NCBI GenBank assembly: GCA_903829075.1
Contig: CAIKOH010000064.1
Span: 10,852-74,851, forward strand
Length of the DNA: 64,000 nt
Direction of reading: 5' to 3'
From: Candidatus Uhrbacteria bacterium
GTDB lineage: Bacteria > Patescibacteriota > Patescibacteriia > 2-12-FULL-60-25
The position numbers and the translations under genes were made by a program. The notes beneath the pieces are model-generated. The model saw only the letters and a program-made list of their open reading frames with translations. It was not told where the DNA came from and searched no databases. Shown here in pieces: positions 53,854 through 61,045 of this stretch (positions are counted from its first letter, which is position 1; every line of letters starts with the position of its first letter).

Positions 53854-54967
53854 GCGAATCAAAAGCGCGCTGATACCCTTCAACTGTGCGTTTGGCGACT
53901 TGCCGCCAAACAAATCGTTCGAATATATTCTCAGATACGTCTTCAAGTTGGCGACGGAGTTCAGTCGTGCGTGGCAAGAGATCTTCTATGACTCGCAGCA
54001 TAGCATCTCGGTTCCCGCTCTGGAAGAAAGTCGCAGACGTATCACGCAACACCTCCGGCAATGACATCGCATCACTCGAAACCAGCGGGCATCCACGCGA
54101 CAATGCCTCAAGCGGCGGCAATCCAAACCCCTCGTGAGAAGATGGGAAGATGAATAGCTGCGCCGCATCATAGAGCGCCGCGAGCTCTGCATCTGAAACA
54201 CGCCCAAGAAAATGCACGCGTGGCAATCGCCGTTTTTCTACCTCAGCCCTATATTCACACATGAAGACATCGAGCTCTCCTGCGATCACCAGCTCCAATT
54301 CTGGATACCTTCTCTGGAGATCACTCCACACATCGATCAACAGATCAAGTCGCTTATGCGGATACGCGCTGCCCACGTATAAAAGGAATGGTTTGGTCGG
54401 AACCCGTCGTGTATCTGGTGTTGGGAGATGCGTCAGCCCTTCACCTGTCACGATCGTTTTGTTTTCCACCCCTGAGTACAAACGGTGTACATCCTGTGCA
54501 ACGAATTGCGTTGGCACAAAAATTGTACGTGAACGGTAAATCGCCTGATGCAACGCATATCGATATCCCAATCGTTTCATCATAGCGACCGGTTGCGCAC
54601 GTCGCGAGGCTTTCGCGCTATTCGCTTGATGCCGAAGCAGCAAATCATGAATAGTCACGCACAACGGTCCACGATACAGCACCGGCACATTCCAATGCGG
54701 TACATGCACCAAATCAGCTTTTGCCTGCGCAAACACCCTGGGCATCACCACCTGTTCCTTAAAAGAATACCATCCCGCATCAGCTTGAAGATGGGTTACC
54801 CCCGAATAACCAAGAAATGGCGATTGATCGGGCTCACGTTCGATCAACGTCAGCTCGCATCCAAGCTCCGGCGACAACGCGATCGCCTGCACCAATTCAA
54901 AAATATAGCGCCCGATTCCTCGTGCATGTTCGGCTCCCATCATTCTCGCATCAATCGCAACCCGCAT
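53816..54967 (-). CDS. glycosyltransferase family 4
   Basis: 383 aa. Contains MRVAIDARM, VGSAYPHKR and PSSHEGFGLPPLEAL. Confidence 0.85.
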   Translation of the reverse strand: MRVAIDARMMGAEHARGIGRYIFELVQAIALSPELGCELTLIEREPDQSPFLGYSGVTHLQADAGWYSFKEQVVMPRVFAQAKADLVHVPHWNVPVLYRGPLCVTIHDLLLRHQANSAKASRRAQPVAMMKRLGYRYALHQAIYRSRTIFVPTQFVAQDVHRLYSGVENKTIVTGEGLTHLPTPDTRRVPTKPFLLYVGSAYPHKRLDLLIDVWSDLQRRYPELELVIAGELDVFMCEYRAEVEKRRLPRVHFLGRVSDAELAALYDAAQLFIFPSSHEGFGLPPLEALSRGCPLVSSDAMSLPEVLRDTSATFFQSGNRDAMLRVIEDLLPRTTELRRQLEDVSENIFERFVWRQVAKRTVEGYQRAFDSHVSSSTSSPHRG

Positions 54968-55072
54968 ACGACCATGCTACGTCGTGCGAGAAAAAAAACC
55001 AACTTGACAGCTCTTCATATCTCCTGCAAACTTATTCTATGCTTCAATTCGTGTTCTCATCACGTCGTACAT

Positions 55073-55152
55073 CCCCTTCTCGGTGAGAACGGGTTGATTT
55101 GAATGCGGGAGCTCATTCAGCAAAACCCCTTCTCACATCGAGAAGGGGTTTT
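55073..55152 (+). promoter_or_regulatory. attenuator-like leader: duplicated CCCCTTCTC segment plus terminator hairpin
   Basis: Terminator-like stem AAAACCCCTTCTC-acatc-GAGAAGGGGTTTT at 55122-55152. An identical CCCCTTCTC copy at 55073-81 could pair with GAGAAGGGG at 55140-48 instead. No gene ends here. Confidence 0.4.
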
Positions 55153-55181
55153 CGTATACCAGAAATACGCCTAGAGATCCC

Positions 55182-56072
55182 ATGAACATCATCGAAATCA
55201 TCGACAGCGTCTGGAGAATTTCGAGCAACGCCAAAGGACCGACCGTCGCCATCGTCGGTGGAACACATGGGAATGAACGAACAGGCATCGAGCTGGTCAA
55301 GCGCCTGCTCGCGGACTGCCTATCTGGCCGATTCATTCTCACCCGCGGAGAACTTCTCCTTGCACTCGGCAATCCACGTGCCATCGAAAAACATCAACGT
55401 GGATCTGAAGCGGGCGCAGATCTGAATCGCTGCTTCACGGCCAACAGCCTGGGATCAAAGGGAGCACGCTACGAGGAACAACGCGCACGGGAACTCGCAG
55501 AGATTTTTGCGAGAGTACACCTGGGAATCGATATCCACGCAACCAACACCCCGTCTGAACCGTTCCTGGTGAGTCAACGCTTTCCTGATTCTCAGATCGA
55601 GCAACTGTGCCGATGCTTCAAAGCTGGAATCGTGCTAACAGATCCTGATTGGGTTTTCGCTGGCGAACCCACCACCCTCGATGAGCTGTTCGCGAAGCAA
55701 GGCGGAGTCGGTCTTTGCTACGAAACAGGACACGCGTCCGATACGTCACGAATCGATGAGGTTGAGCAGGAAATCCGTCAGATGCTGGTCATGGCGGGCT
55801 TGCTGAAAAACGAGGCGCAGATACATGTGGCCCAAACCCGCCAGAGCATCTATCAACTGTCACAAGCGATCACTCTGACAGGTGATGGATTCATCTACGC
55901 GGAAGGTGTAGGCGCTCGGAACTTCCAAGTCGTGAAATCCGGCGAGCTGATTGGTCACCATGGAACGCGCGCCCTCGTCGCCCAACACGCTGGATTCATC
56001 GTTTTTCCGAAGCTGCCTTCACTCTGGCAAACAGGCAAGCCCGTGGGCTACCTCGCTCGACGCATCTCGTAG
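55182..56072 (+). CDS. succinylglutamate desuccinylase/aspartoacylase (AstE/AspA, M14-like) family protein
   Basis: Contains the VAIVGGTHGNERTGIE and ADLNRCF motifs. Confidence 0.75.
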   Translation: MNIIEIIDSVWRISSNAKGPTVAIVGGTHGNERTGIELVKRLLADCLSGRFILTRGELLLALGNPRAIEKHQRGSEAGADLNRCFTANSLGSKGARYEEQRARELAEIFARVHLGIDIHATNTPSEPFLVSQRFPDSQIEQLCRCFKAGIVLTDPDWVFAGEPTTLDELFAKQGGVGLCYETGHASDTSRIDEVEQEIRQMLVMAGLLKNEAQIHVAQTRQSIYQLSQAITLTGDGFIYAEGVGARNFQVVKSGELIGHHGTRALVAQHAGFIVFPKLPSLWQTGKPVGYLARRIS

Positions 56073-56090
56073 AAATACCGCGTAATTCTT

Positions 56091-56129
56091 CAACACGAAG
56101 CGGAACTCCCTTCGTGTTGCTTTATTTTT
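56091..56129 (+). terminator. intrinsic terminator
   Basis: CAACACGAAG-cggaactccc-TTCGTGTTG followed by CTTTATTTTT. Confidence 0.55.
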
Positions 56130-56163
56130 GAGTCTCGGGTAGGATGCCAACGGTAGATTCATT

Positions 56164-56240
56164 CGGGGCGTAGCTCAGTTGGCTAGAGCGCCTGCTTTGG
56201 GAGCAGGAGGCCGCAGGTTCAAGTCCTGTCACCCCGACCA
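56164..56240 (+). tRNA. tRNA-Pro (anticodon UGG), CCA encoded
   Basis: Cloverleaf folded by hand. Acceptor CGGGGCG pairs with CACCCCG with one mismatch. Anticodon arm CCTGC-TTTGGGA-GCAGG. T arm GCAGG-TTCAAGT-CCTGT. Confidence 0.9.
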
Positions 56241-56243
56241 CGC

Positions 56244-56268
56244 AAAAACACCGCACAACGGTGTTTTT
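56244..56268 (+). terminator. terminator after tRNA-Pro
   Basis: AAAAACACCG-cacaa-CGGTGTTTTT. Confidence 0.55.
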
Positions 56269-56562
56269 GCTTTGTAAAATAAGGAGTTGTTCGCCATACC
56301 ACCCTACCCATACACAACAAACACCCCGACCGGAGAGTCGCGTTGCTAACCATGACTAGCACAACACTCCGCGGCCGCACCCGGTACGATCACCCAACTG
56401 ACGACGACACAGCACCTTCACCGCGCGCCTCGCCAACGTCGGCACTCGACGTAGGCAGGGATGCGGTTTTTTCATTTTTTAGTACACGTATTTCAAACAT
56501 ATCACTCCGACCTCCCCTCGTTGGAGTCACGGTCAAAAAGTTGATAAAGCTCCTCACCTCAT

Positions 56563-56997
56563 TTAAAAATTCTTGCCAATTTCAATGAGTAGATCGGAGA
56601 ATTCTTTTAATTTTGTTGTTTGATTTTTTGGAATAGCACCATCGCAAAAATCTTCCATGTACTCAAGCCCTTCTGTTAGTTTGTTTTTTCCTCCTGACGC
56701 AAGGACAACATAGCTGACGCGGGCATCATGCTCGTTTGATTCTTTTTTTATCAATCCTATTTTTTCCATTGGAAGAAGCAGGCGCGTGACCCCGGAAGCA
56801 GTTAAACCCACTTTTCCTGCTAAATCTATACGACGCATCTTCTGATCGTCCGCTTGGCTAAGATGGTAAAGAATAATAAATTCAGTAAATCCAATGCCGT
56901 TTAAGTGCGCATCTAAATGACGGCTTAACTCGGTTTGAAGCTTCGCAATATCTATACAGAATCTGATAGACTGATTCAAATCTTTCATAGTAGGCAT
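56563..56997 (-). CDS. MarR-family transcriptional regulator (low-GC gene)
   Basis: 144 aa. Winged-HTH segment MRRIDLAGKVGLTASGVTRLLLPMEKIGLIKKESNEHDARVSYVVLASGG. 18 of 60 G+C at 56581-56640. Confidence 0.8.
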   Translation of the reverse strand: MPTMKDLNQSIRFCIDIAKLQTELSRHLDAHLNGIGFTEFIILYHLSQADDQKMRRIDLAGKVGLTASGVTRLLLPMEKIGLIKKESNEHDARVSYVVLASGGKNKLTEGLEYMEDFCDGAIPKNQTTKLKEFSDLLIEIGKNF

Positions 56998-57120
56998 TTT
57001 TATTTGATTAATAGTTGATTACTCAAGTATATATTAAGTAAATACTGGAGTCAAGTATCGATTTATACATAAACTGGTGTGCATGTCACTTTTTTCTGTA
57101 GATCCGGTATGATGTACCCG

Positions 57121-57141
57121 TTGAGTGACCTAAGCACTCAA
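57121..57141. promoter_or_regulatory. candidate operator (7-bp inverted repeat) downstream of a TATGAT -10
   Basis: TTGAGTG-acctaag-CACTCAA. The -10-like TATGAT is at 57108-57113. It lies between the divergent MarR gene and the peptide gene. Confidence 0.35.
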
Positions 57142-57159
57142 AATATTTTTTATTTTTGT

Positions 57160-57423
57160 ATGAAGAAACTTGTCACCGTTCTCACCACTGCCGCATTCGT
57201 CGTATCTCTGGCCGCTCCGATGGCCACCTTTGCTCAAATGGCCCCAACCGCAACAACTACCCCTGCTGCCGGAACCATGATGGTCAAGAAACATGTCATG
57301 AAGAAGCACGTTATGATGAAACGTGTAGTGATGAAAAAGAAGGTTGTTGTAAAAAAGCATGTCATGAAGAAGCACGTTATGAAAAAAGCCATGAGCCAGG
57401 CCGCTCCAACCTCAACCAATTAA
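57160..57423 (+). CDS. small secreted Lys/His/Met/Val-repeat peptide
   Basis: The ATG at 57160 gives the Sec-type signal MKKLVTVLTTAAFVVSLAAPMATFA-Q. The mature part contains KKHVMKKHVMMKRVVMKKKVVVKKHVMKKHVMKK. Confidence 0.6.
   Translation: MKKLVTVLTTAAFVVSLAAPMATFAQMAPTATTTPAAGTMMVKKHVMKKHVMMKRVVMKKKVVVKKHVMKKHVMKKAMSQAAPTSTN
57291..57382 (+). repeat. 25-nt perfect direct repeat, two copies, inside the peptide gene
   Basis: CATGTCATGAAGAAGCACGTTATGA occurs at 57291-57315 and again at 57358-57382. Confidence 0.8.
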
Positions 57424-57465
57424 GAATAAAAAATCCTCCGAGAACATCGGAGGATTTTTTATTCT
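57424..57465. terminator. perfect 17-bp A/T-flanked palindromic terminator
   Basis: GAATAAAAAATCCTCCG-agaacat-CGGAGGATTTTTTATTC. Confidence 0.7.
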
Positions 57466-57629
57466 CTGGTAGAGCGGTTTTCTGAAATACATTCTCACAT
57501 CATTCAACTCTTGCCCGTCATCCAAAAACGGCATGGATGGGTCTCCGTTTGTTATTTTCACCCTCTCATAGATTGACGCCCGACCGATATTCCAGTTAGT
57601 TTAAGATTGGTTATTTTTTTTGATTTTCT

Positions 57630-58925
57630 CTATTTCGGCGTTCGATGAATCTTTGGCACGGACGTCACTTCGCTTGGCGTGTGTACAGCATCTCCATGGT
57701 CATGCGCGTGGTGATGCGTGTCCATCGGCAACGCATTCAACACATCCGTACGCGTGCGCGCGATCACCCAGGCAGATAACAGCGCGGTGATAGGAACCGT
57801 GAAGATCAGACCGATCGTGCCGGACAAGGAACGAATGATTTCGTCGACCACGATGTCAAAATTGATAAATTTAAACCACGAGGCTCCGAACTGTTTATAC
57901 AGTAAGAGCGTCGACAATGAACCACCGACATAGGCGTACACCAAGGTATTTGCCAGCGCAGCCATGTGGTCCTTGCCAACCACCATGCCGGACGCGAATA
58001 ATTCACGCGTCGTCGCCCGCGGATTAGCACGCTTCACTTCAGACACGCCTGACGCAATCGACACGGCCACATCTTCCACTACACCAAGCGAGGCGATAAT
58101 AATCCCCGCGAACAATAATCCGCGTGGATTCAAATTTTGATTGTTGCTAAAAAATAGACGATCCTCGTCCGAAGACAATCCATCCAAATGCGACCAGGTC
58201 GAAAACCAATCAGAGATCATATACGCGACCAGGATGCCGCCCATGGTTCCAATAGCCGTCACCAATGATTTACGGTTCCAGCCAGTTGAAAGTCCAGCGG
58301 ACAAGAGGGCTAACACGCCACTAATCGCGATCGCGACCGGCACCGGATTCACGCCGCTCAAAAACGCCGGAATCAACACCCAGCCGATCAACACCAGCGA
58401 AATAAGGATCGAAAATGCGACTTTGATCCCCTGCCATCCAGCGAGCAGTACCAATGTCAACACGAACAAGATCGCGAGCCATAGCATGGCCGTGTGACGA
58501 TCGTAACTTTCAATATAAAAATTTGAACCGCCTGATCCATCTGGCTGAATAAATATCACCAACGAATCCCCCACGACCGGCTGGATCCCATACGGATCAG
58601 ATCCAACTTCGTTACTGATCGTTTTCGTCTGTCCATTCCACGGCCCAGATAAAAAACGCACTGTGTACACATCGACTTGCTGGCCGCCACCAGGAACCTG
58701 CTCACTCGTCTGTTCAACCTTCTCAACACTGGCGCGTTCATAGGTCCCCTGCACATCGCTTTGTGGAGCCTGAGCTGTAGTAGAGGAAACGTTTGTACTC
58801 GAGGTTGTCGCCGAATGCGTCGGCAACGGCGCCGCCTGCGCGAACGTCAACCATACACACCCAAAACAACCACTCAACAGGAGCGTGGCTAAACCACGAA
58901 GAGAATAGTTCATGCGTTTTGACAT
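57630..58925 (-). CDS. YibE/F-like polytopic membrane protein with a His-rich C-terminal tail
   Basis: ATG at 58925. Signal or anchor segment, then an extracytoplasmic domain of about 110 aa, then about 7 TM helices. The tail is MDTHHHAHDHGDAVH. The family call is from memory of YibE/F topology. Confidence 0.55.
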   Translation of the reverse strand: MSKRMNYSLRGLATLLLSGCFGCVWLTFAQAAPLPTHSATTSSTNVSSTTAQAPQSDVQGTYERASVEKVEQTSEQVPGGGQQVDVYTVRFLSGPWNGQTKTISNEVGSDPYGIQPVVGDSLVIFIQPDGSGGSNFYIESYDRHTAMLWLAILFVLTLVLLAGWQGIKVAFSILISLVLIGWVLIPAFLSGVNPVPVAIAISGVLALLSAGLSTGWNRKSLVTAIGTMGGILVAYMISDWFSTWSHLDGLSSDEDRLFFSNNQNLNPRGLLFAGIIIASLGVVEDVAVSIASGVSEVKRANPRATTRELFASGMVVGKDHMAALANTLVYAYVGGSLSTLLLYKQFGASWFKFINFDIVVDEIIRSLSGTIGLIFTVPITALLSAWVIARTRTDVLNALPMDTHHHAHDHGDAVHTPSEVTSVPKIHRTPK

Positions 58926-58996
58926 ACGAAAATGGATCGGTCTTGGTGACCCATCCATATCATACAGGTTGTTTCTTTAGATGAACACGGGCTGGA

Positions 58997-59419
58997 TCAA
59001 TCGTTCAACGCTTCAATAATGGCATCCAATTTTGCGTTGATCGCTTTAAGCTGTTCCTGCACATGAGATCCTTCTGACCGTTCTGGGGATCCAAAGGAAC
59101 GTTTTCCTTCAAACGAAGGCTTGTCAAAACGAGGTTTTCCGCCGTAATTACGTGGCTCTGCTGGACCATTCATCTGAAAACATGCTCGACAATAGACGGG
59201 TTTGCTGCCGCTTGGTCGAAATGGAACCGTGCAAGATTTGCCACAGGATCCACACACCGCATCATAGGAAGTCGCACGCTCAGAACCAGATCCGAAGGAT
59301 TTTTGTTTCCAAGGCTCTGGACGCTCTGAACGATTCGAACGACCGGAAAAACGAGACGGCTTTCCGCTTCTGCTCGCATGTCGTTCGGCTGATGCGTTCC
59401 CACGGTGTGCTTTGCTCAT
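58997..59419 (-). CDS. CxxC-x17-CxxC zinc-ribbon protein with Arg/Ser-rich flanks
   Basis: CGSC-(17 aa)-CRAC, counted exactly. The flanks are basic and low in complexity. Confidence 0.7.
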   Translation of the reverse strand: MSKAHRGNASAERHASRSGKPSRFSGRSNRSERPEPWKQKSFGSGSERATSYDAVCGSCGKSCTVPFRPSGSKPVYCRACFQMNGPAEPRNYGGKPRFDKPSFEGKRSFGSPERSEGSHVQEQLKAINAKLDAIIEALND

Positions 59420-59493
59420 AAGGTCAATTCGCAGACGTTACTTTATTCAAGAGGATCTGTCAAGTTTCCCACCCCGAAAGATCGTTTACAACA

Positions 59494-59530
59494 GAAAACA
59501 ACGACTCTGTATCTCGAGATCGTTGTTTTC
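59494..59530 (-). terminator. terminator after rpmG
   Basis: 11-bp stem GAAAACAACGA pairs with TCGTTGTTTTC. A U-rich tract follows on the minus strand. Confidence 0.5.
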
Positions 59531-59548
59531 ATTGAACAAGTTGGCAAT

Positions 59549-59704
59549 TTATTTCGTCTCCTTGTGCGCGACGGACTGCTTGCAAAACTTACAAAATTTC
59601 TTCAATTCCAAACGTCCTTTGATGATTTTCTTGTTTTTCTTGGTCTGGTAATTACGGCGTTTGCAAACCGTACATTCCATGTTGATGAGTGTGTCTTGTG
59701 ACAT
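59549..59704 (-). CDS. rpmG: 50S ribosomal protein L33 (zinc-ribbon form)
   Basis: Manual translation gives [51 protein letters not shown] (51 aa). This is below the ORF-track length cutoff. Confidence 0.88.
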   Translation of the reverse strand: MSQDTLINMECTVCKRRNYQTKKNKKIIKGRLELKKFCKFCKQSVAHKETK

Positions 59705-59768
59705 AGGCGGGGGAATAGTTCGAAAAAAGAGGCGCTCAAGCCGATGAAAGAAAATAACGCGGAAATCG

Positions 59769-59843
59769 TGGAGCCGGAGAGAGGAATCGAACCTCCAACC
59801 GCCGGTTTACAAAACCGGTGCTCTGCCGTTGAGCTACTCCGGC
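59769..59843 (-). tRNA. tRNA-Thr (anticodon UGU), CCA encoded
   Basis: Hand-folded. Acceptor GCCGGAG pairs with CTCCGGC. Anticodon arm CCGGT-TTTGTAA-ACCGG. T arm GGAGG-TTCGATT-CCTCT. Confidence 0.9.
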
Positions 59844-59864
59844 GTATTTTCAACTAACCCCAAC

Positions 59865-59893
59865 AGAGTACCGCACCTCACCAAAACCGTCAA
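59865..59893 (-). promoter_or_regulatory. possible promoter for tRNA-Thr/rpmG
   Basis: On the minus strand: TTGACG, 17-nt spacer, TACTCT. It sits about 20 nt upstream of the tRNA 5' end. Confidence 0.35.
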
Positions 59894-59902
59894 CTGCCTA
59901 GC

Positions 59903-59931
59903 TTGACCTCAAGATTAGCGTCTATTAGGAT
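59903..59931 (+). promoter_or_regulatory. possible promoter for the high-GC 165-aa ORF
   Basis: TTGACC (59903-59908), 17-nt spacer, TAGGAT (59926-59931). Confidence 0.45.
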
Positions 59932-59949
59932 GCCTGGCGGAGGTGATCT

Positions 59950-60447
59950 GTGCCCAATCAAGAACCGTACCGTTCGTCAGAAGAGGCTGGGAAGGCTCAG
60001 CTCGAGGAGCGTCGTCGGGAGACACTGGGGTTCGTCGCCCCCAAGTTCCGTCAGATGTCCACCCTGCTATGGATCCTCTCTGTAGCTGTCTCCATACTCG
60101 GGGTAGCGCAGATCTCGCCGCTGCTGAACCGCTGGATGGGCTACGACAGCCCCGTCCAGTCGCGAGACTCCGCGCTCGAACCGCCTGCCGTGGCCATCGT
60201 GATCCACGAGAGCTGCACCGTCGTCATCCAGCAGCCCGAGACCATGTGCACGGACAACTACGTCCTACGCCAGCCCCTCCTCGATCTCTGGAGTCCGATC
60301 GTGGATTGGAATCTCGCCACCCCCTTCAACCTGGACGCGTTCCCACACCTTCTCAGCTACGGCCTTCTGTGCACGCGCGAGGAGATCCTCATCGAACAGA
60401 TCTCGCTCTCGTACGCACCACCGGCGCTGACAGACGCGTCCCCCTAG
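59950..60447 (+). CDS. hypothetical 165-aa single-TM protein (high-GC gene)
   Basis: GTG start with a GGAGG 7 nt upstream. TM segment MSTLLWILSVAVSILGVAQI. 40 of 60 G+C at 60121-60180. Has its own terminator. Confidence 0.65.
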   Translation: MPNQEPYRSSEEAGKAQLEERRRETLGFVAPKFRQMSTLLWILSVAVSILGVAQISPLLNRWMGYDSPVQSRDSALEPPAVAIVIHESCTVVIQQPETMCTDNYVLRQPLLDLWSPIVDWNLATPFNLDAFPHLLSYGLLCTREEILIEQISLSYAPPALTDASP

Positions 60448-60488
60448 CGCACTCGTGCGCTCGCTCATTCGCCAACATCCTGCCTCGA

Positions 60489-60520
60489 CTCGCGTGTTCT
60501 CACCACGCGAGTTTTGTTTT
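60489..60520 (+). terminator. intrinsic terminator of the high-GC ORF
   Basis: ACTCGCGTG-ttctcac-CACGCGAGT followed by TTTTGTTTT. Confidence 0.6.
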
Positions 60521-60537
60521 ATAAAAATATCTTGTAA

Positions 60538-60570
60538 TAAAAAACGCGCGCTTTTTAGCGCGCGTTTTTA
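60538..60570. terminator. bidirectional palindromic terminator
   Basis: AAAAACGCGCGC-ttttta-GCGCGCGTTTTT. Confidence 0.65.
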
Positions 60571-60574
60571 GACG

Positions 60575-61027
60575 TTACTGTCCGTTTGGCGTTGATGAAG
60601 CATTTCCCCCGACCCCAAATCCTCCAACGGGACGCATCTGAATACTCTGTGCGGTCACGCTTCCGTCGCTATTCGTTGCTCCCAAAACTGTCACCGTTCC
60701 TCCTACTAATACGTCGTTGATAGACCCGTCAACCATCTTACGCATCGTAGTTGAAGTTGAATAGAACACAATATGCGAACTTCCATCGCGGGACTGAACA
60801 GTCAGGCTCTGCGCATCTTTCGCGATCACATTACCAGAAACACCACCGCCTTGTCCGCCCGCTCCACCACGACCACCGCGACCACCAAAACCTCCTTGAG
60901 CGCCTGGCGTACCACTACCGGCCGTCACAGCCGGGACCGTAGAAATTCCATAACGCATCCCTCCATAGAACGCTCCTCCTCCAACCACGATCGCGACAAC
61001 AATGACGATTAACCAAGAGTTCTTCAT
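60575..61027 (-). CDS. hypothetical membrane-anchored Gly-rich protein, last gene of the ABC operon
   Basis: 150 aa. Anchor WLIVIVVAIVVGGGAFYGG, then GGFGGRGGRGGAGGQGGG, then a beta-rich domain. Confidence 0.6.
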   Translation of the reverse strand: MKNSWLIVIVVAIVVGGGAFYGGMRYGISTVPAVTAGSGTPGAQGGFGGRGGRGGAGGQGGGVSGNVIAKDAQSLTVQSRDGSSHIVFYSTSTTMRKMVDGSINDVLVGGTVTVLGATNSDGSVTAQSIQMRPVGGFGVGGNASSTPNGQ

Positions 61028-61045
61028 ACAAAAAAGATAAAAGAA

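Noticed and set aside
56230-56331. 10-nt direct repeat CACCCCGACC, matching the tRNA-Pro 3' end (56230-56239) and 56322-56331, as an attL/attR pair.
   Set aside because: The copies are only 92 nt apart, the repeat is short enough to occur by chance, and no integrase is present. I could not find a distal copy bounding the MarR region.
56343-56588. 81-aa plus-strand ORF after tRNA-Pro.
   Set aside because: It has a TTG start, no SD and a low-complexity product, and it runs into the convergent MarR gene. It is retained only as part of the odd non-coding stretch described in the findings.
59602-59853. 83-aa track ORF on the minus strand.
   Set aside because: It overlaps both tRNA-Thr (59769-59843) and rpmG (59549-59704), and its sequence is not protein-like.
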